A DNA stretch of 64,000 nt, from assembly GCA_036172245.1 (NCBI GenBank), contig JAYWIR010000017.1:2914001-2978000 (forward strand). The letters are read 5' to 3'. Both the position numbers and the translations under genes were made by a program. Each line of letters starts with the position of its first letter. Positions within the stretch are counted from its first letter, which is position 1. This DNA is from Raillietiella orientalis (lineage: Eukaryota). Positions 1 through 14,000 of this stretch are shown here, piece by piece. Under the pieces are notes generated by a model. The model saw only the letters and a list, made by a program, of their open reading frames with translations. It did no database searches and was not told the origin of the DNA.

Positions 1-2432
1 ACAGAACACGGAAGAACAACAAAACAGGGGAAGAGCAAACTGGCATCACTGTGCCTCATTCTAGAAACAAATCCCAATGGCGGGAAAGGGCCCGAGGAAG
101 AAGATTTGGATGCAGGCATCCTGACCACGATTTGACGGAAAACTGCATCCGTGATGAGTCGCGATGAAGCTCGATTTGGTTCCCCCTCCCACCTGCATCA
201 CAGGTTTTTTTTTTTTTTTGTTACATCACCTGTTGAGCGACTTTCGTCGAAGACCAGTGTTACCATCACACACATGCCACGAATCAGCGACGTCGCTCAC
301 GTCAGGCAGCAAAGGGGTGTATCCGTGGGCGTCTTTCGAAACTGCCCTTTTTTTTACTTTCAGCATGTCTGCACCTCCGGTGATAAATAAATTGAAGGTG
401 CCCGCGGAGTATCGATGACGAAAGATGGGGTGTTCTCTCGGAACCCCCCGCATGCATCACTGCATGAAAGCCTCGAGATGGAAGGAAAAGCGAAAACGGG
501 TGGGTTCCTGCCGAAGGACCCTTCTCCCTATAGATGGTTCGGAGCAGGAAGACCACGATGGCCAAGGCAACCTTTCGCTTTTGCTGGGGTGAAGACAGCC
601 GGAACGGTGGAAGAAGAACCCTCCACGGGAATTCACGCGGCACGTCAGCAGCAGCGACCAGCTCCATCCGCCTGCGCAGGCAACGCTCCTTTTCCATCCC
701 TCACCGTCCAAGGGGACGCAGCGAGTCGACTGTCGCGGCAAGTTCTTGCTCGGAGCATCCGGAGATTCCGTCGATCCCAGCCTACGTACGTCCCCCTTCT
801 CCCGAGGCAAGAGTTCCTCGACCTGCTTGACGTATTTCTTCCGGAAAGCAGGGTCAGACGGGATTTGGGAAGGGGGAAGGGACGTTAAAGGATAAGGAAA
901 ATCAAGAAATCGAATCACAAGTTTATCTTCCCTCTGGAGACGGAGCGTGTCGAGGGAAAGAGCGACTTCGCGGTTTCCGGTTCTAAGATCGAGGGTCGCT
1001 GATGGTCTCGACGAAGGTCCGGCAAGGCGCGGCAGGGAAGACACGGGACTTGGCGGGGTATTTCTCCTTTTTTTTTTTCCCTGGAGGATTCCTCCCAAAG
1101 CAACTAAATGTTTGCTCCGGTCCCCGAAGCACTCTGTCCCCCATTTTCATTTCGCGGGATGTTTCCCGTTTGAGAGGAGAGAGTTTGCTCTCGCTTGCGG
1201 CGAACAGACCGCATCTGTCCCTCGCACCTCTGTTGGCACTGCTGCAATGGATCGTCGCCACCTGCCAGAGCTCTTTCGCGCTGGGGCCCCCTTTATGCGT
1301 CCTGGGTTCCCTCTCGACCGAAGCAGTTTGCTCTTGACTTGCGGCAGAGCAGCGTTGCTGAGACAGGAGGAAGCCGTCCTGGGCGATGCGTTGCCTGCAG
1401 ATAAACGAGCGAAAAAGGATAACCGGGGATGAATAAAGTCGACAAATCCTCTTCCCCCTCTTTCCAGCGCCGGATTTCAGGTGCGCCAGAAGGGAGAGAC
1501 AGAGCGTGAGAGAATACATTGGTTGGCGCCCGTCGTAGATTCAACAGTTAGAGAACGGGATCGTATCCATGGAGATGAGCAGGTGAAAAAAACGCATTGC
1601 GTCCATAGAAAAAACTGGACTTCTCGCCTGGAACGAGGTCTTCCAGCTCCCGGTCTTCATGGAAGTGCAAGCTCGTCTCGAAATCCCGATGCCCGCGCAC
1701 CTCTCAGCTCCAGTGGCTGCAGATTCGTCTCGCAAAGTGTTCAATCCTCGCTCCTGACAACTGGCTCCCGTTCCACCCAGATTTCGAATGCGCTGATCTT
1801 GCCTCGGGGGGGGGGGGAGGGGGATGCTTGTGCTGAATTGCACGGAGTACAGGTGTGAGACAGCCTTGACCTTTCACCTCGAAAGACCTCACGTGTCTTC
1901 TGCAATGCGTCCTTGTGTGACTCCGCCAGCACGCTCCTATCGGGAAGCCGAATTTTCGGAAAGTGCGAGAAAGTTCTATGCAGAGGCGAGCCCTGTCACT
2001 CTCCACTAGCAGCTCCTCCAGTGGAGGGCGAGGGTCTACGGAAAGCGAGAGACACCATAGGGCACGGATCCTTTCCCGTGACCAGGATCGATTTTCGCCT
2101 CCGAAACCGGGGGAGCCACTGCACTCTTCCACGCGAGGACCAGCGCACCGTTCGTATGTCCAATCCTGTTCCGAAGAGCTCGCGCGACTCCGTAGCTGAA
2201 AGGCGTCGACAGTGGCAAACGGGAGTGACACAGGAACGAATGATATGGAAAACGAACCTTCGTGCTGAGGATGCAGGAGTGTGGTACAAAAAGTCGAGGA
2301 GAGTACGTCGTCATGACGACGCGAGTACGCTTCAACTCACGGTCGAACAAAGAGAAAACGAAACATGCTCCTGACGCGTTCTTTCTCCTTCCATTAACAA
2401 AAGGAAAGAGAGAGGGCGAGGGGGAGGGAAGG

Positions 2433-2455
2433 AATAATAATAATAATAATAATAA
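2433..2455 (+). repeat. (AAT)7 microsatellite
   Basis: aataataataataataataataa. Confidence 0.9.
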
Positions 2456-4918
2456 GAACTCAGAGTCAAGTAGGAATCAGAAATTGCCTGATGACTGATT
2501 TGCCTGATGAGGGAGCGACAAGTTAACAGCCGTGGAAGATTCGCGGATGACATGAGGGCCGTGCAGACTGCGTGCACGTGAAGCGCCAAGTGCGAACTGC
2601 GTCACGCGAGGTGATGGACTCAGAACGAAGGTCCTGCTGCGACCAGGAAATCTCGAGGAACACACGCAATCAGTTTCCATCCCTTCGAGGGCAATCGACT
2701 TTCCCGTGCACCGCGGGGTGCGACCCGGATCTTGAAATCCGACGAGCTGCGCGGGAGGTGCATGTGTGCCGTCTCACGAAAGCGCGCACCAAAGAGCCAG
2801 ATCTCGAAATATCTCCATGAATATTTGAAACGGGTGCGCCAGAGCCTTCACTTTCTCTCTACGTAGTCCGGCATCTCCAAAATGCCCCCCATGCATTCGG
2901 AAGCTCTCGAGAAAGGAAGGGTAGAGGACGCGAAGCCCTTGCGGCTACCAGGTCGACTGCTGGTGTTCGGGAGGCCGGAAGAGTCTCAGTGGTTGGCCCT
3001 CCATAGCCCTGGGATCATTCGAATGAAGAGGTGATGCGATATCGGAGATCACGCAGCATGAGGCGCCTACTAGCATTCAATACGACTGCAGCATCCATCC
3101 GAAGAAGGAATCGTCCAGAACATCGACGACTGGTAGCAACCAGCACTCAAGAAGAACTGATTCCAACTTACGCGGGAGAAGAGATTTCGGGAATCACAAC
3201 AAAACTTCATAAGGACAACATCAGTTGTTCTTACGAAGTAACATCATCATCGCAACTTTCCTCAGTTCACTTAACGGTCAGAGTCGATTCCGAGATCCAC
3301 TTGGCACTACCATTTCTTACGCACCGTCGTGGTCACTTTTTTTTTTTTTTTTTTCGAGCTGCCTTCAGGGAAGCGATGAGCGGCGAGATCCAAGGTAAAA
3401 CGTGGTGTCGGCTCGATGACCACCTTTCTTTTTTTATTCTTTTCCTCAAAGTTAGGGTACTTCCGCACCCTCCTCAGGCTTTCATCTGCAGGGGATGAAG
3501 AAAGAAAGAAAAGGAAGGAGCCGGTACGGAATCCTGCGATTCGGAAGATCGATATCCGTGCGTCGCCATTTTGAGAGATCAATCAACAAGACCACACCGC
3601 CAAGTTCAGCAGGTGGAAGTGCAGACTGCTCCAGTCATCACTGCTGATGGAGCGGTTTCTTTCTGCAACGTCACGTTCTGATAAATGAACTATGCAAATT
3701 TACTTCTTTGCTTCCGATCCCTCCGAAGAGAAGAGCTCGGCGAGAGAGCGAGGGCGCTTGCTTTCTGCCTGTCAGTCACACGAACCGTTCAGCTGAAGAC
3801 GTCTTCCGTTCGTCGCGGGAGAGAGAGCGCGCAACGAAGGCGATGGGTGACCGGCCGACTTCCTATCGATCTCCAATCCATCTCGTACCTGGGGTACAGA
3901 GTTCGGATGGTGGTAAGCGCCATCTCGGGAGGAAGGCATGGGGAAGCGCGAAAAAGGCCGGAAAGCAAGCCTCGGAGTGTAGCAAGGCAGCTCCCACGCC
4001 CCGCCCGAAGAGGCGGCGGGGACGTCGTGGGAGGAGGTGGGGCGGAGGACAAGATAAAAAACGCGCCCAGCTCTTCTGGTGAGGCTGCGCCTGCACACGC
4101 AAGACGGCGGTTTGCCGACGACTTGAGCGTGCGTCGATGTTTAAAGTGGCGGACGACGGAGGACACTTCCTGCAAAGACACAGGGCAGAAGGAGGTCTCA
4201 GCGGAAATGGGCAGGCTGGTTGGTGGTGCTTCGCGCAGCCTTTTCCAGTTACAGGTGGGTCGAATGGCGCGCGCGTGGGAAAGTCTTTGGACGGTGTGTG
4301 CAGTTTCGACTGTCGTTCCTCTCGAGGAGACCATTCGCACGACGGGGAGGGATCGAAAGGTCAGTTTGTGCTGCACCGGATGACAGATACTTAAGCGTTC
4401 AACCTGTTCTTTTGCTTGCACCTCTGGGGACCGTGGCAGCGAGGAACGCGAAGGTTATCTCCAGAGCTCATGACGGGCCTGCTTGTCTGCTTCACCGTTT
4501 CCCTTCCTCGGGAAGTGACCTCGGAGACCCCTCGCTCACTCCCAAAACCAGCTTCCTTCATGGAGCCACGTGTGCGGGCGAACGGTTCTTGCTGCTACTC
4601 GACTCGACGGCAGCAGCACCTCCGCTCCCCGCTTCGTGCAAGCGCTTGGCTTGAAAAACCTGACAAGGGACCCAAATCTCTTCTCTCCCTCCCCCCCTTC
4701 TTTCTGGCCGGAAGTAACTGCACCCTTCCGCCAGATAATACTGGAAGGTCCAACCAGGCTGAACCTGAGCTCGGCTCCCAGGAGTTCAACCAACCGCCAT
4801 CTGTGTACTGAGAGAGGTGCCTGCTGTCGCTGTACATCCGCATGCCGCTTCCGCCTTTCCTTCTTCCGCGAACCCCACCAACATCCCCGCAAGGCCACGT
4901 CGAAAACCGCGCGCTCAC

Positions 4919-5046
4919 CTTGTCGTCAACTTCGGACAGCAACACTATGGTCTGAGCGTTGTGGTCCCACACCATTTGCCAGAAGTCGGAAATGGTCTCC
5001 ACGAGCGGATGCTGCGTGATGATGAATTCCAGCAGCTTGTGGTATC
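4919..5046 (-). CDS. Ptp99A: PTP exon: D2 (EFIITQHPL...[18 protein letters not shown]); last exon found
   Basis: ctccag|GA ... AAG|gtgagc. Confidence 0.94.
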
Positions 5047-8000
5047 CTGGAGGTTGAAGCAAAGAAAAAATCGTCATGAGACAGTGCCTAACGTCGACAT
5101 CAGGAGACGAAGGAAGAGAAAGAGGAATAAGAGGAGGAAAAGGAGGAGGAGGGCAACAAAAACCCCTTTCTTTGAAATAAGCTTGCTGGTACGAGGACTG
5201 TGGCTCCTCGAAAGGGGAATGCACTCCCCCCCCCCCCCTCGCATTCTTCGCCATTGCCGGCGCTGCTCACCTAGCAACCAGGAAGCGTTGATGTAGTCGC
5301 TTCCTTCGACTCCCGTTTTGGGGGTTATGTAGACACGGCTCCCTTCCACAGGAAGAAACTCGCTGGAGCGGTTCTTGGAAGCATTCCCGGCTGTTAAGGC
5401 ACTAGTGAAGTCTTCCTTGATTGGTTGGAAGAGGGTAACCAGCTGCGACGGCAACAGGCCCGTTTTAGCATCGTACGGAGAGACGGGAGGCGGTGCTGAC
5501 CGACCTTGTACTGGCTGTCGAGCACTAGCCTGCTCTTGTTGGCCTCCTGTGCCACGTCCGGGAACTGCAGCTCCCGGATGTAACCGTGGAAGTCCTCGGC
5601 GCGGATGTTCGTCTCCCCACTGAGGATGGCTTCTAGCAGCACGTCGTGGATGAAGATGTACTGTTCCTCCGTCTGGACGAGAAAGTTCCTCTGGGAGCGT
5701 ATGTGCTTCAGGAAGCCGAAGATGTTGAGCTTCCCGTGGGCTTTGATTTGGCGCAGCATGGCATCGATCACGATGTAGGCCCCCGTGCGCCCCACGCCGG
5801 CACTGGGAACCCGAAAGATGTCCCGTATGGAGCGTGCCCGATAGCGCGCGGCTCCGCTACCTGCAGTGGACGACGATGGGTCCGGAATCCAGGGGGTTGG
5901 CTTCCGAGGACTTGCGCACGAAGCTCAGGATGGGGAGAGGGTGCTCCGGGGTCCCGTGATCCGGCCAGTTGGTGTAGTGGTACTGGAGAACCAGGCGCTC
6001 GGAGAGGTGGGACTTCTTGCACTTGATCTGGGCAAGGGAAGAAGGAGGAGGAGGAGGAGGGACGTGAGGGAAGCCCTCGCGGCGTCTTTTGCCGCTCACC
6101 TTGAGGTGCCTTATCAGGAACTGGCGGATGGTGTGCGTCGCCAGGATGGTCTCCTTCGTCAGCTTCACCTGTATCACCCCGTAGACCTCGGCACCTTGCT
6201 TCGGCCAGTACAGGTCACATTTCTTCTAGAAAAAGTGGGTGCTGAAGCGGCGCGTCCTCGCCATCTTTTGGCTGAGCCCATCACACTCAGAGTGGTGGAT
6301 CTGCACGCTTCCACGGCGCTTGAGCCGCGTACGCGCACGAGCCGGTCAATCCCCCCTCTCCTCCCTCCTCCGAGACTCTTCAGGAATTCGAATCATCTTC
6401 CCCTGGAGGAGCGGTGAAGGCAAGGGGTCAGCTTCGACGAACTTTCTTTCCCGGAGAGGAGAAACGGGAAGTGGCGGTGGAGGGGGAGGAGGAAGGGAGG
6501 AGTGCTCGTTGCTGCTGATCCGCGCATGGAAGGGAAGAGGAAGGGGGGAGAGTCCTCTTCGTCGGCTCTGGAGTCGAGCTGACTTCCCCGAAGGAACACG
6601 GACGACCGAGAGCGCCGCTTCGGGAAGGGTAGGACCGTTGGACCGCTCCTTCCCCCAATGGACCCCCTTCCGGCAGTCTCCCTTCCTCCAGCCGCTGCTG
6701 CCATCGCCTCGGGCTATGCCGGAAAGCCACGAGTCTCCCCGGGTCCTGCCCTCCCTCACCCCCTCTTCCTCCCCGCATGGAAACGATTCCTTCCTTCGGG
6801 TTTCACGAGCCGACCAGGAGGCAGAGGGAGCGGGAACCCTCGTGTGATGGGAGGCGCCGTTGCCCAGGAGGCGACGGCGCAGAAGAGGAAAGTCCAGGGA
6901 GGTGGAAGTTGATGTGTGTGTGGACGAAATCTTGAGGAAGCTGTTGTGGCCGACTCCCTGAGGCTGCTGCAGCGATTAAGCCCGCCCGCCCGCACGGTCA
7001 GGGTGAAGGACCAGCGCAGTCATCCCGGAGGGGCGGCACAGAGTGCCATCGGGGTTCCGCGGGAGCAGGCTGCCGCTGTTCCCGGTCGGGAGGTCCGGGA
7101 AAGCGAGCGCTCCTCCTCTCTCCACCGGCCGCCTGTCGTTGCCTTGCTCCTGCCGGGTCTTTCCGCTCTCGGATGCGAGAGAGAGAAGAAAGGGAAGGAG
7201 CGAACCGAGGATTCTACATGAAGACGACTGCGCCCTCGAGACCGCCCACAGGACGGAAAAAAGTACCGGCGGGAGGAGGAGAGGGAGAATGAAGGAGGAA
7301 GCGGCGACGAGGCGGGGGAGAGGGGGAGCCGCTCGCGAGCTCGAGGGATTGCAATGGGGTGACGTACCCTTCCTCTCTCCTCCAGGTTCGTGATCATGAC
7401 GATGACGTGGACCTTCTGCTGCCAGACCATCCTCCAGAAGGGCTCGAACGTGGAAGGCAATGGTCCCTGAGTGGCGATGTATGCCCTCGGACCGTGAAAC
7501 CCGTCGACGTGGTTGGCGTTGATGTACTCCGGGGCCTTCTTGCGTCCGGGGCCAGGTTTGAGGACGACCCGGGAGTGGTCGTCTAGAGGGAAGAAGGGGG
7601 AGGGGGCAGAAGGAGCGACTCCCGGGAACGGAAGGGGCGTGCCCGCTACTCACAGGCGAGGATGTTCATGTAGCGGTTCCTCCCTTTGTTCTCGGGATGC
7701 TGCGACAGGTTGATGGTGGCACCGCACCCGGAGCACGCGTCCGAGTCCTGGAGCATCTCATACTCCTTGCTAAAGCCGACGTCGCCGTCCGCGTGCAACT
7801 TCGCTACGTGCGCAGGGAACAGGTAGACGGGAATGGACGGGGCGGAGTCCGCCGAGGTGCTCCAGTCGTCTCCAGGAGACGGCGGCGGCTTCTTCTCGCC
7901 GTCCGACAGATAGTAGTAGGACTCGTAGAAGCATTTCCTGGAATGGGAGAGGCTCCATCGGAGAGAAAGGAAGGGAAAGCCTGCCTGCCCCCCTTCCCTC

Positions 8001-11000
8001 CCGGATCCCGCTGCGGACGAGATCCTCCTGCTGCTCTCTTGTACGGGAGGCGGGCTTCACAATCGGGGAGTGCGCACGCGCGCAGCCGCCCCCATTCCTT
8101 ACCCATATCGGACACCCTTCCCTCCTCCCCCTTCCTCCATCGGAAGGATGCTGCTCGTCGACGAGTTGCTTAGCGACGCTAGCGTGCGCCTGCTTTCTTC
8201 ACTGCTCGCGTGAGCATGTTCCGTTGGTCATCTCCTCCCTCCCTCCCCACGCTCAAGGACAACTTCTCTATCCGATCGGCAGCGAAGGAGTTCCCGGAGT
8301 GTCCCTTCTCCATCCAGAGGTCGGGAACGTCTCAAGCCGCCTGGGGTGCGGAGGGGATCCTGAAAACTGGCGGCAGCAGCAGCAGCCGCCGTCGTCCCTG
8401 CTCCAGGATCGATCCGATCCCTCCTTCCCGTTTCTCTCTCTCATCCGGGAGCGAGGGAAGGGAGGATTCCCTGCGCATCCACGCAGAGGTGCGCGGCAGC
8501 TGAGGCATTCGCAGTGGCTTCGCTAGGAGGCGGGTCGGTGCGGGGAAGACGATCGGTCGCCGCCTCGGAGGCGGGGAGGAACTCCTTCGCCCCGCGGCCA
8601 GGTGGTCCCGACGAGCCCGCGACAGGGAAGCGAAGGACAGACTCCCGGGAATTCTCTCCCCTCCGCTTCGGCGCCGATCCTTCGGCGATGGAGACACCGC
8701 CCCCTTCCCTATCCACCGCGCGCGCGAGAGGGGGAATTTCCGGGAAAGGAAGGAGGGGTCTACAGGTTTCCCTCCTCTCCCGCACACTGGTTGCTCGCCG
8801 CTGCTTCCCATAGCTTCCTTCGGGACGATCGCACTCTCCCCCTCTCCCTCGCTTCCGTTGCATAGCAGCCTTCTTGGCTCCCCTTCACTTTCCCCTGGCT
8901 CTGCCGCGGGTGATGCTTGGTGTAACGGCGGCTGAGAAGGTGGCTCCCCGAACAAGTCCTCGCGCCCCGCCGATCCACTCAGGGGCTTCGCATTCCTCCG
9001 GAGGTTCCACTCCACGGTACATCGAGGGTCCGGCGGGGATGCTGGATGGGCGAGAGACGCGGGAGTGGGAACGCGACCCCAGCGCGCTTCGGGGAAGGTG
9101 CGAGCTCTGGCCGAAGCGCGGAAGTCGCGAGGAGCCTGGGTTGTTCCTGCGGCCCGGTTCTTAAGAGGCGGCGGTGAGCTTCCCTGGAGACTCGACGGCA
9201 ATGCGCTGGAGTGTACGCACGCGGGGTCATCCTTCGAGTCTTCCGAACGCACCACTCCCTCCCCCCCCGGGGCGTTCAAGGGTCAGCAGCGTTCCGGGAT
9301 TCCGCAGAGGACTGAAGGCGGGGAGATTTCGCTGCGCCTTTCCGACAGAACTTGAAGGATGCGAGCGCCGGCAGGCACAGAGAGAAGAAAAGGTCGCAGC
9401 ATCCGCCTGGAGCTTGTTCGTTCCACATGTAGCCGCGGATGTCACGTCGCTGCAGCCGCCCTCGGCTCCGACGCGGGACGCCAACGCCGGTGGTCTCCCC
9501 TGAGCTGAGGCGATTTTCACGTAGGCGCGCCTACACTGCTGCCGTGGCAACGGCAGGTGCACCGGAAGGCGGCTCGGATCCTCGCCAACGAGCGATGGTG
9601 GTCTCCGAAGCTTTTGAGGAAGGGCACAGCCCCCCAGAAGCTGGCACTGCATCGCATGCCTTGGATCCGCTGCTTTGGATAGAGGGTCAAAGTGTCGGCG
9701 ATCCTGGTCTCGTTCCCTAGGCGTCCCCGACAGCTCGGACCTCAGCTCTCCTGTAAACTTGCTCCACGGCTTACCTGTTTGCCCCACCCCCTCACTCTCG
9801 TTTACTTCACCACCTGCTCGTCGCTTCTTCCCTTTTTCTTCCCCATCAGATCTACATCGGCCCCACGGACCCACGTGCTCTTCGCAAGATTCCGAGATCG
9901 GGAGCTAGGGGCACGACGATCGCCTCGTCGATGACCACGACGAATCGTTCCGAAGAGAAAGCTCGCCTGAAGACTCGCACTGAGTGGTTCCAGGAAGAGG
10001 CCGAGGAGGAAGGGATGCGTTGCCATGGAAACGGCCGAAGAAGGGAAAGCCACGTGAGCGCATGCGGTCGGGTTGCAGGAGCGACTGCTAACGTCGGGAT
10101 TTTCGGAAGCACAGATGCACGATGCCGTGAGCAGCCTGAGCAAGCGAGTCCATGGGAGGAGGAAGAGGAGAAGGGAGAGAGGGATGTAAGGTGAATGAGG
10201 AAGACTTTCGGCTTTTGTATGGCGTGAAATAAGGAACAGAAATAAAGGAACCCAGAAGGTGTGACACTCCATTTGCACGAAGGTCGCGCGCACGCCACTG
10301 CAGCTTCCGCTGCCGTCCTTGGACAGACATGGCGACCGATTGCTGCGAGGTGTTCCGAGGTGCTCCGAGGTGAGGACGCTCTGCTCGATCCACAGCCCTT
10401 CCGCGTCGTCCCCGCCCGCGCTAGCCCCGTGGTGGTCGTCCACTTTCGGACGCGCGTGCAAACGGCGACGGGTACCTCCTGTATGGTCCACCAGGAGGGG
10501 CTCAGATTGGTTGCCGCAAAACATCCTGGCAGCAATGGTAAAAGGACGGACGTGGGGCACCCCGAAGTTCCTCAGTGCACCTCCTCCGACCGGCGTCTTC
10601 TATTCTTCCTCAGGCGCTTCCGGGAAAGATTGGGTTGGAGGTTCACCCGCTCGTTTCTTCGTCTGGATTTCCACCTCCTACTGGTTCTACCTTACCGCGG
10701 CAGGCGCTCTTTTGCGAGTATCCTTCCGGCTGAGAGCTCGCCTGTCCGCCCGCCCTTTTTGATGCTCCCCGCCTGGAGGTGCAAAGGGCGCATGTATGCT
10801 ACATAGCAACAAAGTGCACGCGCGTCTGGAGTGTCCCTCTTCTCCCTTGGAAATGCGCGTGAACCCGGTGTCTCCTCGGTTTGCCGCGGCTCTCTCGCCT
10901 GCGGCCGCCTAGAGTTACCCGTTGCTGGGAGACGCGTGAGAGCCAGAAAGAGAGGAAGCGAGGTGACCGGAGTGTCTCTCGCCAACACGAAACGGCATGG

Positions 11001-14000
11001 AAGGGGGGGGTGGGGGTGTAGAATTCTGGGAGGCGCGCCCGACCGCCGTCGCTCCGGGACTTTTGAAAGTGCCCACCGCTCCCGGAAAAGCAGCCGGGAC
11101 GGAAGTTGATAATCGACCAGTGAGCGGAGGGAGATTTCCCCGAGCAACGCGCGGGAGGAGACGGTCAGCAGCGTCGGAGGCCCACGCCAATGACCAGCGC
11201 TGGCTTTCGCCAGCCAAGCAGCATTCGGGGTCGGCGTGGAGGCAGCGCGCAGGGATCTCCGTACCTCCACAGGATGAAGGCCAGGATGGCCAGAATGAGG
11301 GCGAAGGTGCCGCAGACGATGCCAGCGACGATGCCCGCGTTCAGCTCAGTGAAGCGGGAAACGGTGACGTCCATCTTCGGAAGCGCCCTCTCACAGGCGT
11401 CCCGCACGAAGACCTTCCTCGTGGGGGAGAACTGGCCCCTGCGCACCAGACCAGCATCGTACACACTCCGGGAGCCTCCCTGCACCTTGATCTCGTACGT
11501 GGTGTCCGCAGTGAGGTTGGACAGCTCGGCTTGAAACTGAAGAAGAGGAGAAGAGGTCAATTGGAATTCTGAGGTGAAAAGAGGAAGAGGGGAGGAGGGA
11601 AGGCGCGAGGCAGGCGTGCCCCTCTCTTCAGGTGCGGAAGGAGGGTTGAAAAAGATGCCCCTGGGGTCGGTGCGGCGACAGGGCGAACCGCCGAGGAAGC
11701 GTTACCTCGGAAACGCCAGAAGCGGACCGAAGGGCCAAGGACGAAACGAAGTGGACGCACTCCATGTCCTTGCCTTCGGCGCTCGAGACACCAACCTTCC
11801 CACGGACGGAGGCGAGCCAGAGGAGCAGAAGAGCAGGAAACCGGGATAGGATGGAGCGCCCAGCCTCCTCAGGAGAGAAAGAAGACTATCCTCACCGAGA
11901 TGCCGTCCAGGACACGGAAGGATCCGATCTCCTCGAAGTCCCCGCTGGTCTCTCGACGGTAGTGAACGTAGAAGTGGTCGACGGGACCGTAGGATGCCGG
12001 GGAACCGATCCATTGCACCCACAGAGCCCTCGGAGAGACGCACGTCAGGTTGGTGATGTTGGGAGGTTCCGGACCAGAGGTGTCAGTCCGGATGACCACG
12101 GGGTTCGAGGGTTCTCCTTCGTTCTTCCACGTGAACGCCTTCAGCCACAGCTTGTACTCAGAGTAGGGGACTGGAGACGAGAGGTCAGCAGGAAGGAACC
12201 TCAAACGTTTCCGGGAGAGAGGGACGGGCACTGTCCGGTTCTCCCGAGCCAGGAGCGGACCGCCATCGCCTCGTCCGGAAGACAGGGAGGGAGGCGCGGG
12301 GGACTCTGCGCAACAGAAAAGACCGGTCCCCAGCCTGCCACTGCCATAGGGCGCCGTCCCGGAGGGACGGCGGCGCGGCATCCGGCAAAGGAATGCGGGA
12401 GGGGAAGGAGGGAGGTTCGCCAGAAAGGAATTGGGGCGGAGACCCTACCCGCGCGCGAGCGACCCCGACTTGCCTAGCCCGGAGAGCCGATGCCTCATAG
12501 GGGCGGAGGGACCGCGGATGGTGCGGACGTCGGTGAAGTTGCTGCGCATGAAGTAAAGGCGGTACCCCTGGAGGATGCCGTTGGAATCCGCAGGCTCCTC
12601 CCAGGCGAATTCCACACTCCTGTCGGTGACGTGCAAGACGGTGACGTTCCTCGGCTTGCTGGGCACTGGGGGGACAGGGAAGCAAATCACTTTCGGACTC
12701 TTTCCTTTGCTCCCCCTCCCTCCCTACAGGAAGACGTCTCGCAGCGCGGGAAAGCGAAGGAATGCGCTGTAACGCGGCTGCCCCTTTTTCCTTCCCCCCC
12801 GTACGGTGAGGGAGAGGGGGGGTCAGGGGAGGAAGGGCTTGCGCGGCCATCTCGGATAGGTTCAGCCCGTGGCCCCGCCCGTAGGGATGCCCGTCGGATG
12901 GAGCTGCTCGCGAAGCAGGTCAGATGCGCTCGCGATGCTGGCCACGGAGGCGACTATGCTCCGGGGCGACCTCTGTTCCGTCTCCACCCCCCACCCTTCC
13001 GAAAGCGGAAGGGTTGGGGGCTCGCCGGTGCGTGCTGCTCGGGCGCGTGCGCGTCCCTCCTTACCTCCTTCGTCCGTCATGACGACCACCGTGGACGCGG
13101 GCCCGGAGCCTTCCGGGTTGATGACCTGCAGGGAGATCAGGTACTGCGTGAAGGTCGACAGATGCTTCAGGGTGTAGCTCTGGAAAGGAAGGGTCAAGGG
13201 TGTCTCGGCGGTCCTCCCTCCTCCCCCTTCAGATACGGGCTCATCGCGCGTGCATGTCCTCCGCTTACCATGGCCTTGGCGTCCCTGACGATCACCTCAC
13301 GCAGAGGCAACCCCTCCGCGTCTCTCGGCTTGTAGGTGATGCGGTAACCAAGGAACTCGCCATTGATGGTATCCAAGGGCGGCGCCCTCCAGCTGAGGCG
13401 GATGGAGTTGGCGCTTGTGTTGTGGGCGGCCAAGATCGTGGGCTTTCCCGTGGGGGCTGCAGGAGAGAGAGAGGAGGTGAGTGAGGAGAGGGATGAGCAC
13501 CCGGCAAATGCTCCGAGGAAGTCTCCACGGGGCGTAGGTTGAAAGGGGAACGTCTCGTTTCACGAAAGAGAGGGAAGAGGAGATTCAGGGTCTCTTTCGG
13601 ACCAAAGCTGAAGAGAGAGGTGATCAGTCCTGAGGTCACAGAGAGGACATCGTCTGCTCCCACGGTTCTGGAGGAGAGCTGAGACGGGGAGTCACTTCGA
13701 GTCGGGGGCTGGTGGCCAGGGGTAACCTGCCTATGAGTAGGTGAGGAGGAAGAAAAGGAGAAAGAGGAGGAAGAAAAGAGGAGGAAGAAATGAAGAGGAG
13801 GAGAAAAGAGCAAGCCCAGTGCTCGCTGTTGGATGCTGCATCATGCACGGACGGTTCATTCCCCAGAGGTGACGGGAACTTCGCCTGAAGCAGAGCTTTC
13901 TGGATTTCGCTCTGCGGGGTCAGGACAAAGATCCCCACGTCCTTATCATCTCCCACCCCACGTTACCACTTTCATTAAATCTTCGAGTCCCCTGCGGATC

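Noticed and set aside
10696..10798. Strong donor CCGCG|gtaagg in the post-TM intron, as a possible alternative exon
   Set aside because: The two best upstream acceptors I tested give 77- or 103-nt exons, neither frame-preserving, and no recognisable peptide.
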